The notes under the pieces were generated by a model. That model searched no databases, was not told the DNA's origin, and saw only the letters and a program-made list of their open reading frames with translations. This document shows positions 35,041-44,005 of a stretch of 64,000 nt of DNA, in pieces (position 1 is the first letter of the stretch; every line of letters begins with the position of its first letter). The position numbers and the translations under genes are program-made. The stretch is from Myxococcota bacterium (GTDB lineage Bacteria > Myxococcota_A > UBA9160 > UBA4427): assembly GCA_965223565.1 (NCBI GenBank), contig CBDCWV010000016.1, positions 828,518 to 892,517 of the forward strand, in the 5' to 3' direction.

Positions 35041-35095
35041 GCCAATCAGACCTCCAGAGTGAAGTGGGCGAAGGCGCCGGCCAGCGCGGCGCCGA

Positions 35096-36346
35096 TCAGT
35101 CGACGAGCCGGTAGCGGACGGGCAGCGATTTGATTCCGCCCGTACTGCTCGAACGCAACAGCTCGGGCTCGCCCGCCGGCTCGATCGAAGCGAAGCGCGT
35201 CGCCAGCTGCTCCATCATCGATCGCATTTCGAGCCGGGCGAGGTTCGCCCCCATGCAGAAATGCTCGCCGATACCGAAGGCGAGGTGGGGATTCGGGAAG
35301 CGGCTGATGTCGAAGCGGTCGGGGTCGGCAAAGACCCGCTCGTCGCGGTTGGCAGATCCGTAGAACATCGCGATCGTCTCGCCCTTGCGGATCGCCTGGC
35401 CGTGGATCTCGACGTCCTGCACGGGTGTGCGTGCCATCTGGATCACCGGCGTCGACCATCGCAGCACCTCTTCGATCGCGCCGCCGATCCGGTCGGGATC
35501 TTCGGTCAGCAGCCGCCACTGGTCGGGGAATGCGAAGAAGGCACGCATCCCGCCGGAGAGAGCGTTTCGGGTCGTCTCGGTCCCGCCGGCCACGATGAAC
35601 AGACAGTAGGAGACGAGCTGATGCGGCGTGAGTGGCGCGCCCTGGACCTCGGCTCGGGTCAGCACGCTTACGAGATCGTCCCGATTCGACTTGCGACGCT
35701 CCGCCGTCAGCGCGTGGAAATAGGCGTAGATCTCCGTCGTCGCGCGCAGCCGCGTCTCGTGGGCCGTCTCGCCGGGCAGCTGGTAGTCCGGGTCGGTGGC
35801 GCCGACGACGGCGTTGGCCCAGCGGTAGAGTGACGTCCAGTCTTCGCGCGGCAGCTCCAGGAGCCAGGCCACGGCAGCCAGAGGCAAGGGCGCCGCAATC
35901 CGCTCGACGAAGTCGCACTCGCCCCGGCTTCCCTCCGCCGCGAGTCCGTCGATGATCTCGGAGGCCAGCGCGCGCATGCCCTCGGCGAGTGACGAGAGCG
36001 CGCGCGGCGTGAAGCGACGCGCGAGGATCTCGCGCAGCCAGCGGTGCTCGGGCGGATCCATGTGAGACATCGTCTCCGGCTCGCGCGCGTCGCCACTTCC
36101 ATAGTCCGCCCCGACGACGATCTGGAAGCGTGGCTTGCTCGAGTAGACGAAGGGGTTGCGCGAGACCTCGACGATGTCCCTGTGGCGGGTCAAGGCCCAG
36201 AACGGGTAGTCGGGCCCTTCGACGTAGTGGACCGGCGACACTTCGCGCAGTCGTCGCCAGGCGTCGTGGGGATAGCCGAAGCGTGCATAGGCCTCGGGAT
36301 CGATCAGCTCGGGTCCGGCACCCTCGATCGGCTGAGCACTCGCCAC
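35096..36346 (-). CDS. Cytochrome P450
   Basis: The heme loop is FGIGEHFCMGANLA (FxxGxHxCxG). The I-helix is AGGTETT and the ExxR motif is EEVLRW. The GTG at 36346 follows GAGGGGGA and gives about 416 aa. The upstream part of ORF 35096..36721 has no P450 similarity. Confidence 0.85.
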   Translation of the reverse strand: MASAQPIEGAGPELIDPEAYARFGYPHDAWRRLREVSPVHYVEGPDYPFWALTRHRDIVEVSRNPFVYSSKPRFQIVVGADYGSGDAREPETMSHMDPPEHRWLREILARRFTPRALSSLAEGMRALASEIIDGLAAEGSRGECDFVERIAAPLPLAAVAWLLELPREDWTSLYRWANAVVGATDPDYQLPGETAHETRLRATTEIYAYFHALTAERRKSNRDDLVSVLTRAEVQGAPLTPHQLVSYCLFIVAGGTETTRNALSGGMRAFFAFPDQWRLLTEDPDRIGGAIEEVLRWSTPVIQMARTPVQDVEIHGQAIRKGETIAMFYGSANRDERVFADPDRFDISRFPNPHLAFGIGEHFCMGANLARLEMRSMMEQLATRFASIEPAGEPELLRSSSTGGIKSLPVRYRLVD

Positions 36347-36574
36347 GTCGATCCCCCTCGGCCCGACGCGCCACCGGCGCGCCGCGCCAGCGATTCGTCG
36401 CGAACGTTCCGAGTCCGCTGGCGATGTTAACGAGACGGAAGGAGAGATGTCAGGCGCCCCGACCGCGCCGGGTGCAGGGTCGGTTCGCGCCGTGGCGCGC
36501 GCACTCGCTCCCAGGGTAGCTTTGAGCGCCGCCGCGAGCGGCCATCCACGTCCCTTCCTGGGAGGAGAATCACC

Positions 36575-37438
36575 GTGCGCATCGGCATCTCGCTCCCGGT
36601 TCGAGAGCTCGAGAACGATCTCGGCGCGATCCGCGAATTCGCGCAGACCGCGGATGGTCTCGGGCTCGCGCACCTGCGCGTCCCGGATCAGGTGATCCGC
36701 CCGAAGAGTGGCCATCTGCACGAACCGATGACGCTGCTGGCCTGGGTCGCGGGGATCACGCAGAGGATCGAGCTCGTCCCCTCGGTCGTCGTCACACCCT
36801 CACGACAGACGGCACTGCTCGCAAAGCAGGCGGCCGAAGTCGACATTCTCTCGGCGGGGCGATTGCGAATGGGAATCGGCGTCGGCGGAAGCCGCGAGGA
36901 ATACGCCGTACTGGGACAGGATTTTCATACGCGCGGACGGCGATGCGACGAACAGATCGATCTGCTCAGGAAGCTCTGGACCGAGGCGACCCCGACCTTC
37001 GCGGGAGAGTTCGACCGGATCGACGGCTTCGGCCTCGACCCACTCCCCATTCAGCGACCGATCCCGATCTGGATCGGCGGCGGCGCGGGCTTCGGCAACG
37101 AAGCCGGGCGCGAAGCGCTCCTGCGCCGAATCGGGCGACGAGCGAACGGCTGGTTCGCGATCGTCCCGATCGACGCCGTCGAAGGGATGCGGGCGCGAAT
37201 CGACGAGCACGCGCGGGCGGCGGGTCGCGATCCCGGATCGATCGGCCTCGAAGGCGGCTGCGGTATGGCGGGCAAGACGACCGCAGAATGGCTCGGCCGG
37301 CTTCGCGATTGGGACGGTGTCGGCGCCTCCCATGTCTGCCTGCGGACCCTCGATGGAGAGCTCGACGCGGCGAGCCAGCTCGACCTGATGCGAGACGCCC
37401 ACCGCATCCTCCACCTCGAGGGCATCGCCTGCGACTGA
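36575..37438 (+). CDS. Luciferase-like (LLM-class) flavin/F420-dependent oxidoreductase
   Basis: (M)RIGISLPVRELENDLGAIREFAQTADGLGLAHLRVPDQVI...IPIWIGG. The GTG at 36575 is preceded by GGAGGAG. Confidence 0.85.
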   Translation: MRIGISLPVRELENDLGAIREFAQTADGLGLAHLRVPDQVIRPKSGHLHEPMTLLAWVAGITQRIELVPSVVVTPSRQTALLAKQAAEVDILSAGRLRMGIGVGGSREEYAVLGQDFHTRGRRCDEQIDLLRKLWTEATPTFAGEFDRIDGFGLDPLPIQRPIPIWIGGGAGFGNEAGREALLRRIGRRANGWFAIVPIDAVEGMRARIDEHARAAGRDPGSIGLEGGCGMAGKTTAEWLGRLRDWDGVGASHVCLRTLDGELDAASQLDLMRDAHRILHLEGIACD

Positions 37439-37447
37439 GAGTCGTCA

Positions 37448-38626
37448 CTAGTCGATGCGAACTGGCAGCGAAGAGAATCCCTGTACGAACTCGGTGCGGA
37501 ATCGCTTCGCGTTGTCCAGATCGACCTCGTACTCCGGGAATCGTGAGAGCATCTGCTCGAGGCAAACCTTGCCTTCCATGCGAGCCACGTGGGTTCCGAG
37601 GCATGCATGATGGCCGGCACCAAAGGAGAGGAAGCGCGGCGCCTTGCGCCGGATGTCCAGGCGATCCGGATCCTCGAACTCACGCTCGTCGCGATTGGCG
37701 GAGGCGTAGAGGAAGATCACGGGCTGACCTGTCTCGAGCTTTCGCCCATGCAGCTCGAAGTCGCGCCTCACCGTCCGTCCCAGGAACTGGGTCGGCATGT
37801 CGAAGCGGAGCACCTCGTTGAAGGCGTCGACCGCCAAGCTCGGATCTCGTACGACGAGCGCGCGCTGGTCGGGGTACTCCCAGAGTCTGCGCAGACAGCT
37901 GGCCAGCACCTTGGGAAAGGTCTCAGAGCCACCGATCACGAGCATCACGACGTGGGAGGCAGCATCCGAATCCGAGAAACGCTGACCGTCGAGCTCGAAG
38001 CGGGAGAGACAGGCGAGCGCCTGCGAGGAATCCGTGGGCGCCTTGCGATGTTCTTTGATCTTGTCCTCGCAGTAGGCATTCAGCTCCGCGAGCGAAGCGA
38101 GCCCCTCCTCCGTCACGCCGCCCGAATCCGGGTCGTGATGAAAGAAGCCCTGCACCATACGGGTCAATGTCGGGCCGTCCTCGACCGGCAGTCCGATCGC
38201 CATGCAGGCGGTCGAAACGGAGAGAAGCGCAGCGAAGTCGTTGATCGCATCGAACTCGTCCTTGCCGGCGACGTCGTCGAGCAGCTTTCCGGCGAGATCG
38301 GACACCACCGGCTCGAGCGCGCGTACGTGCTTGGGCATGAAACACTTTCGGATCACGCTTCGGAGCTGGGTGTGGATCGGCGGGTCGAGCACGTTCAGCA
38401 TCGGGGTGACGGGTTGGTCCCGGGTCAGCAGCTGAGCCGGCGTCGTGCCCTTCGCGGCGATCAGGTCGTCGTTCGAAGAAGAGTCCCAGATGTCCTGGAA
38501 GCGTGAGAGCGCCCAGGCCTCGTACTTCTTCATGTAGTGGACCGGGTCCTCGTCGCGCAGCCGCTTGTAGATCGGCAGCGGGTCGTTGCGTACTTCCTCG
38601 GAGAAGGGGTCGTATTCGATCGCCAT
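37448..38626 (-). CDS. Cytochrome P450
   Basis: MAIEYDPFSEEVRNDPLPIYKRLRDEDPVHYM... The heme loop is FGAGHHACLGTHVA. IGGSETF and NEVLRF are present. The ATG is the complement of 38624-38626. Confidence 0.9.
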   Translation of the reverse strand: MAIEYDPFSEEVRNDPLPIYKRLRDEDPVHYMKKYEAWALSRFQDIWDSSSNDDLIAAKGTTPAQLLTRDQPVTPMLNVLDPPIHTQLRSVIRKCFMPKHVRALEPVVSDLAGKLLDDVAGKDEFDAINDFAALLSVSTACMAIGLPVEDGPTLTRMVQGFFHHDPDSGGVTEEGLASLAELNAYCEDKIKEHRKAPTDSSQALACLSRFELDGQRFSDSDAASHVVMLVIGGSETFPKVLASCLRRLWEYPDQRALVVRDPSLAVDAFNEVLRFDMPTQFLGRTVRRDFELHGRKLETGQPVIFLYASANRDEREFEDPDRLDIRRKAPRFLSFGAGHHACLGTHVARMEGKVCLEQMLSRFPEYEVDLDNAKRFRTEFVQGFSSLPVRID

Positions 38627-38666
38627 TGTCGGAGTCCCTCGTTGTGAGTCGCCCGAGTCGAGGTGG

Positions 38667-38723
38667 GGAGTATTGTTCCTTATGATTATAGTAATTCTTG
38701 TTCTATTCTCCATAGGGTAGATT
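38667..38723. promoter_or_regulatory. AT-rich divergent promoter/operator region between P450 and TetR
   Basis: A perfect TATAAT lies on the minus strand (38690-38685), about 60 nt upstream of the P450 ATG. The direct repeats TTGTTCCTTAT and TTGTTCTATTC are present. An imperfect inverted repeat, GGAGTATTG ... CTATTCTCC, flanks them. Confidence 0.35.
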
Positions 38724-38784
38724 TCGACCCCGAATGAGGCCCGGCTGCAGCGGCGAGTGGGCTCAGCTGGGTGAAGGAGGGCCT

Positions 38785-39486
38785 GTGGCGACTGGGTCGA
38801 GCCGAACGGCGAGCGCCTCGAGGCGAGCGGCCGGTACGCGGGGGCGACGCAGCTCACCCGTCGCGGAGGCACGGGAGCAGATGTATCGCGCCGTCGTACT
38901 CGATGCCGCGGAGCGTGTATTCGCGCGCGGCGGCTTCCACAGCGCCAGGATGCAGGACGTGGCGCGGGAGGCCGGAATCTCCCTCAATACCCTCTACGCG
39001 ACCTATTCGAGCAAGCGCGGCGTCTTCGATGCGCTCCACGAGACGCGCGGTGCGGCGTTCCTCGCGCAGGTCTCGAAGGCGCTGGCGCGACCGGGTGACG
39101 CACGCGCGTCCCTCGGTCGCGGCGTCGCCGCCTTCGTGGGGTATCTGATCGACCATCCGAACTACTTCCGCGTGGATCTGCGCGAGGGACGCTCGTGGGC
39201 GATCGGCGACGTCGAGGCGAGTCCCGCTTTCCAGACCGGAATCGAAAACTGGACCGAGCTGATGCGCCGCGGAATCGCGGAGGGAGTCTTCTACGACGAC
39301 GACGCGAGTGTGATGGCCGCAACGACGTTTGGCGTCATGCAGATCCAGCTCGCCGCCTGGCTCGCAAAGCCCGACTCCCCAATGGAAGAACATATCGCGG
39401 AGCGCATCACGGCCTCGCTCGAACGTCTGCTCTGCATCCCGACATCTTCCGCGAGCCGATCCAAGGGTCGAAACCATTCGACGTGA
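38785..39486 (+). CDS. TetR/AcrR-family transcriptional regulator
   Basis: The HTH is FHSARMQDVAREAGISLNTLYATYSSKRGVF. The GTG at 38785 is preceded by GAAGGAGG. It lies in frame with ORF 38734..39486. Confidence 0.85.
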   Translation: MATGSSRTASASRRAAGTRGRRSSPVAEAREQMYRAVVLDAAERVFARGGFHSARMQDVAREAGISLNTLYATYSSKRGVFDALHETRGAAFLAQVSKALARPGDARASLGRGVAAFVGYLIDHPNYFRVDLREGRSWAIGDVEASPAFQTGIENWTELMRRGIAEGVFYDDDASVMAATTFGVMQIQLAAWLAKPDSPMEEHIAERITASLERLLCIPTSSASRSKGRNHST

Positions 39487-39593
39487 GCCGATCCAGGCCG
39501 GTCGAGGAACCCGAGAGGATGGATTCGGCACCATCCGGATGGACGATCGCGATGTCATCGATATCACGTACTCGGACAGGCTAACCTGCGCGA

Positions 39594-40304
39594 ATGCAGA
39601 CTTCTCTCGCTCGATCCCCACTCGACAAACGCCGTGCCGGATTCACTGGCATGCAGGTCATGATCATCGTGCTCGCTGCGATGCTCCTCACGGCCGGCGC
39701 CACGTACTGGGTGGCCCGCACCTATATCTGGCCACGCGATTTCGAGCCAGTGCGACTAACGCAGAACGAACAGGTGCGGCTCGATTCGAAGCTGCGCGCA
39801 CTCGGAATCGATCCGCCGCGGCCGCCCGTGAGCGCCGCGCCTCCGAGCGAGGAGGCGCGCGAGACCGATGAGGAGTGGCTGCGCGCCGAGCCGTATCGAG
39901 AGGATGGATCGAAACGAGAGATCGGTCTCAGCGAGCGGGAGCTCAACGCCCTGCTCGCCCACAACACGGAGCTCGCGAAGAAGCTCGCCGTCGACCTCTC
40001 GAGTGATCTCGCGAGCGCGCGCCTGCTCGTTCCGATCGATCCCGACTTCCCCGTGCTGGGCGGCCGCACGCTACGCGTCGCTGCCGGCATCGAGCTCTCC
40101 TACGGCGACGGCCGGCCAGTCGTGATCCTGCGTGGCATCAGCCTCTGGGGCGTGCCGATTCCGAACGCATGGCTCGGCGGACTCAAGAACGTCGATCTCG
40201 TCGATCAGTTCGGCGGCGAGGCGGGTCTCTGGAAGGCCTTCGCGGACGGGGTGGAGTTCGCCCAGATCCGTGAGGGCGAGCTCAAGATCAAGCTGCGCGA
40301 GTAG
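39594..40304 (+). CDS. Hypothetical membrane-anchored protein
   Basis: ORF 39594..40304 has a single N-terminal TM segment (MQVMIIVLAAMLLTAGATYWVA). The remainder has balanced composition (…GISLWGVPIPNAWLGGLKNVDLVDQFGGEAGLWKAFADGVEF…). No family was recognised. Confidence 0.55.
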   Translation: MQTSLARSPLDKRRAGFTGMQVMIIVLAAMLLTAGATYWVARTYIWPRDFEPVRLTQNEQVRLDSKLRALGIDPPRPPVSAAPPSEEARETDEEWLRAEPYREDGSKREIGLSERELNALLAHNTELAKKLAVDLSSDLASARLLVPIDPDFPVLGGRTLRVAAGIELSYGDGRPVVILRGISLWGVPIPNAWLGGLKNVDLVDQFGGEAGLWKAFADGVEFAQIREGELKIKLRE

Positions 40305-40335
40305 CGACCAGCCGGCCAAGGACGGCCCGCCCGGC

Positions 40336-42237
40336 TCAACCCTCCATCTCGCGGGTCGCGCGCCGCCACAGCCACGGGAGGAGTGCTGCACCGACGAGGA
40401 CGTTGCCCGCGATCCATACCCCACGTCCAGCCGGTGGCCAGCCGGCAGGCACGACGCCTCCGACGAGCCAGCTGCCGAGTCCGACGAGAAGGCAGCCCGC
40501 GCAGAGCGACCCGGCCGCGGCGGTCCCGACCGCGCGCGCGAGGCGGATCCGGTCGGCACGCGCATCGACCCGGGCCCGAGCTGCAACGGGCCCCCAGAAG
40601 CCAACCGGCCGAACACGTACGTAGAAACGGTCGAGCACCTGCGTCGTCTCGGACCCGAAGCCGAACGACGCGGCGATGCACGCGAGCGTCGAAGCCGCCG
40701 CCATCATCAGGAGCCGCGCCGCCTCACTCTCGACCGCAGTCAGGAGCCACGGCGCGAGCGCGGCCGAGGCGACGAGCGCGCCGAGCTCGCCCCGGGCCGT
40801 GATCCGCCACCACAGCCAACGCAACACCAACGGAAGCCCCATGCCGGCGCCCAACATGAGCGAGACATGCCAGGCATCCTGGATCGACGCGAGCCGGGTC
40901 ATGATCGCGAGGGCGAGAACGAGGACGACGGGATTCGCGATCCGAGCGACCCGAACCAGCTCGCGCCGCGACGGCTCGCGACCGAGCCAGCGTTGGCAGA
41001 CCAGCCGAGCGTAGAGATCGTGAGTCCAATACGACGCCCCCCAGTTGAGGTGCGTATCGACGGTCGAAGCCAACGCCGCGAGCATGGCCGTCAGCATCAG
41101 GCCGAGCACACCCGGCGGTAGGAGATCGGTCATGCCCCGCACGAAGGTCGCCTCGCGGGCGGCAGCCTCGACAGGGGCACCGGCTGCGAAGGGATAGAGG
41201 ACGATCAGTCCGATACCGATCGGCAGCCAGAGCAGACTGCGAAGCACGATTTGTATCCCGGTGAAGACGACGGCAGCGATTCGGGCGTCGCGGTCGCTAC
41301 GACAGGCCATCACGCGCTGGGCGAGATAGCCGGTCCCGTCCGCGTTCATCTGTACGAGCCATTGCAGCGCCAGCACGGCGAGCACCGCGCCTCCCGCATC
41401 CCGCGCTCGGAAAGGCGTGAACGCGAGCACCTCGCTCACGCGGATCGTGCCTGGTCCCGCTGCGGCGAGTGAATCTTCGAGCGCGCGCGGGAGCGCCGCG
41501 AAGCCGCCGACCTCGGCGACGACGAAGCCGGCGTAGGCGGCGGTGCCCCCGAGCATGAGCACGAGCTGAAGTAGATCCGTGCGCACGACGCCCCGCAGTC
41601 CCCCGGTCGTCGAGTAGAGCGCCGTGAAGGCGAGCAGCGCGAAGATCGAGATCAGATTGCTGGTCGATCGCAGCCAGACGTTGGAGCCGTCGCTCCCGGC
41701 GAGCGCGAAGGGTATGCCGACCGATCGAACACAGGCTTCGATCGCCGCGAAGAGACCGCTCGGCAGCCACGCGTCCCAGCGCAGGAAGGGCTCGGCGATC
41801 CCGATCGCAGCCCAGAGCACCATCGCCAGGACCGTGCAGTTGAAGATCGTGCCGAAGTAGATCGACTTCGTGATGCGCAGCCAGAACGCGGACTCGCCAC
41901 CGTATCGAAGCTCGGCGAGCGCGGCGTCGGTGAGCACGCCCGCTCGGCGCCAGAGCGGTGCGAAGAGAAAGCCCAGCAGCAGGAAGGCGACGGCATAGAT
42001 CCAGAGCCGCCAGAGCGAGAAGATTCCGGCGGTGGCGATCAGGCCGGTCACGAGCAGCGGCGTATCGGCTGCGAACTGCGTGGCCGCCATGCTCGCACCC
42101 GCCTGCCAGCCGGGTAGCGAACGACCTGCCAGGAAATACTCCTCGAGGCTCTCCGAGGCGCGCTTGCGGGCGGCGAGACCGGCGGCGACCGAGACGAGGA
42201 CGAAGGCGAGCACGATCGAGGCGTCGACGAGCGACAT
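40336..42237 (-). CDS. Sodium:solute symporter (SSF) family transporter
   Basis: MSLVDASIVLAFVLVSVAAGLAARKRASESLEEYFLAGRSLPGWQAGASMAATQFAADTPL... has the typical SSF N-terminus. About 13-14 TM segments. Confidence 0.88.
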   Translation of the reverse strand: MSLVDASIVLAFVLVSVAAGLAARKRASESLEEYFLAGRSLPGWQAGASMAATQFAADTPLLVTGLIATAGIFSLWRLWIYAVAFLLLGFLFAPLWRRAGVLTDAALAELRYGGESAFWLRITKSIYFGTIFNCTVLAMVLWAAIGIAEPFLRWDAWLPSGLFAAIEACVRSVGIPFALAGSDGSNVWLRSTSNLISIFALLAFTALYSTTGGLRGVVRTDLLQLVLMLGGTAAYAGFVVAEVGGFAALPRALEDSLAAAGPGTIRVSEVLAFTPFRARDAGGAVLAVLALQWLVQMNADGTGYLAQRVMACRSDRDARIAAVVFTGIQIVLRSLLWLPIGIGLIVLYPFAAGAPVEAAAREATFVRGMTDLLPPGVLGLMLTAMLAALASTVDTHLNWGASYWTHDLYARLVCQRWLGREPSRRELVRVARIANPVVLVLALAIMTRLASIQDAWHVSLMLGAGMGLPLVLRWLWWRITARGELGALVASAALAPWLLTAVESEAARLLMMAAASTLACIAASFGFGSETTQVLDRFYVRVRPVGFWGPVAARARVDARADRIRLARAVGTAAAGSLCAGCLLVGLGSWLVGGVVPAGWPPAGRGVWIAGNVLVGAALLPWLWRRATREMEG

Positions 42238-42343
42238 GCCGTTCAGGTTACTCGCCGTGTAGGCAGCTCGCGCGCGAATCGGACGAGCGGAGCGCAGGCG
42301 TCGCGAATGCGATCGAGATCGAGACCGACCCCAATTACCCCTG

Positions 42344-43153
42344 CTACCCCTGCGCAGACGAGCGCCGGCCTCGGAGGCTCGCGGCCCCTGCGGCGAGCAA
42401 TAGACCCGGGAGGATCACGAAGAGAATGTGGGACTGGAGCAGGGGTACGCCGGGCGCCTCGGTATCGAGGACGACCACGTCGATGACTTCGCCCACGGCC
42501 TGGCTGACCTGTCCCGATTCGAGCACGACCCCGTCCCCCGCGTAGCCGGTTCCGATCAGGATCTGCGCTGTGCCGGGCGCGACGGCCTCGAAGGTCACCC
42601 GAAACTGCGCACCTCCACCGCCGATGACCCCGTCGAGCCCCGGATCGTCGGGGCTTGCAGGGTTGGCGCTCAAGGTCGAGCCCGTGAACAGCCACACGCG
42701 GTTGCCCTGATTCCCGATTGCGCTCTCGGCCAGTGGGGCGTCGATGCGATTCGGGACGCCGATCATGCAACCCGTCGGCGGCGGCGCGCAGAGCGCATGG
42801 AAGATCTCACTGACGGCCTCTCCCGAGGCGTCGACGTAGTCGATGACGGCTTCGTCGTATCCATGGACCGAGGCGCCGAGGCCGTACACCGCATCGCCAT
42901 CCGCGCTCACGCGCACGTCGATCACGAGCGTTTCTCCGGGGCGCATGCCGGCCGGATCGGCGCCGCTCATGCCAATCACGTCGAACGTCACTGCGGTGGC
43001 GCCGGTCGCGACGAGGAGCATGACCGCGCCCAGCAGGCCGTCGACGAAGAGCGCGGTGGACACCGCCGAGGCCCGCGCGACCGAGACCGCCGCAGAGCTC
43101 TCCGGCGGGACCTCTCCTGGGATCATGGAGTGCATGGCAGCGTCCCAGCACAA
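42344..43153 (-). CDS. Secreted hypothetical protein with a C-terminal TM-plus-basic tail (same tag type as 24098..24778)
   Basis: ORF 42344..43153. The C-terminus is ...DTEAPGVPLLQSHILFVILPGLLLAAGAASLRGRRSSAQG. The start is uncertain (ATGs at 43153, 43135 and 43126) and overlaps the upstream gene's 3' end. Confidence 0.6.
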   Translation of the reverse strand: MCWDAAMHSMIPGEVPPESSAAVSVARASAVSTALFVDGLLGAVMLLVATGATAVTFDVIGMSGADPAGMRPGETLVIDVRVSADGDAVYGLGASVHGYDEAVIDYVDASGEAVSEIFHALCAPPPTGCMIGVPNRIDAPLAESAIGNQGNRVWLFTGSTLSANPASPDDPGLDGVIGGGGAQFRVTFEAVAPGTAQILIGTGYAGDGVVLESGQVSQAVGEVIDVVVLDTEAPGVPLLQSHILFVILPGLLLAAGAASLRGRRSSAQG

Positions 43154-43620
43154 GCGAGTCCCGAGGGCCCGGGCGCGGCGTTGGTCGTCTGGAAGCGCTC
43201 TAGAAACACGGCGAAATCGGTGATGGTCACGACTCCGTTGCCATCGTGGTCCGCCTCGCCGCCCGGCTCGGTCAATGCTTCGACCAAGACACCGTAGTCG
43301 AGCGTCGTAATCTGGAAATCATCGTTGTAGTCCGGGTCGCAGGCGTTGCCGTAGCCGTCGAGGTCGCTGTCGACCTGGTTCGAGGCCTCGTTGGGACCGT
43401 TCGGGATGACCGAGCAATTGTCGAAAGCGTCCGGGACGAGATCGCCATCCGCATCGCTCAAGGCCAACGCTGCGCTCACCGCCCAGAAGGGGGCCGTCCA
43501 GAGCGGGGCTGACCCGAGTGCGGCCCAGGCCAGGCTTGCCATCACGGGGAGGGCCAATGCGGTCGGGACATGCCGAAGACCGGATCGGGACTCGATGATC
43601 GAAACGGGGTCGTGGGACAC
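43123..43620 (-). CDS. Secreted Ca-binding protein with thrombospondin type-3 repeats and a dockerin/EF-hand-like loop
   Basis: DADGDLVPDAFDNCSVIPNGPNEASNQVDSDLDGYGNACDPDYNDD matches the TSP3 pattern DxDxDGxxDxxDNC...Q.D.D.DG.G..CD. It is followed by DHDGNGVVTITDFAVFLERF. Confidence 0.65.
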   Translation of the reverse strand: MSHDPVSIIESRSGLRHVPTALALPVMASLAWAALGSAPLWTAPFWAVSAALALSDADGDLVPDAFDNCSVIPNGPNEASNQVDSDLDGYGNACDPDYNDDFQITTLDYGVLVEALTEPGGEADHDGNGVVTITDFAVFLERFQTTNAAPGPSGLACAGTLPCTP

Positions 43621-43883
43621 GGATGGCCCCCTTGGATTTCCGAGCGAGGTCCTTCTCGCTTGAGTCTCATGTCCGGATCACGTTGTCAAGCGCCGTAGCC
43701 GGCGCGAATGCACGCGCGCCGACGCACCCGGGTGGAGCCGCATTCTTCGCCTTCTACCCACCCGCGGACCGCAACGACAGCCGGGCTCACGTGGCGGCGC
43801 CGAACCGTCGCGTCGATCCCTCTCGGAGTCGACCCGGGTACCCCGCCCGCAGCCGTAGGCGGCCTGCTCCACGGGCGTTCGAT

Positions 43884-43907
43884 AATTGCATTCTCAGAAA
43901 ATGAGAG
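43884..43907 (+). promoter_or_regulatory. AT-rich bipartite motif/inverted repeat upstream of the TonB-dependent receptor
   Basis: AATTGCATTC (43884-43893), TCA, then GAAAATGAGAG (43897-43907). It contains the inverted repeat TTCTCA/TGAGAG. The first element ends 113 nt before the ATG at 44006. Both 10-mers recur at 47472-47491. Confidence 0.35.
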
Positions 43908-44005
43908 TAGCGTGTTACCGACCGGGTCGAGCACGGGCTACCGAACCATCCATCGCGCGACGACCGGATGGGACCCGCGTCCGGAGAGGGAGATTCGAGG
44001 GCCCG

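Noticed and set aside
43881-43910. Calling GATAATTGCATTCTCAGAAAATGAGAG a Fur box
   Set aside because: Only about half of the 19 positions match GATAATGATAATCATTATC by my count. The context (a TonB-dependent receptor) is suggestive, but the motif is better described neutrally, and its 10-mers recur at 47472. I kept it as a generic regulatory candidate.
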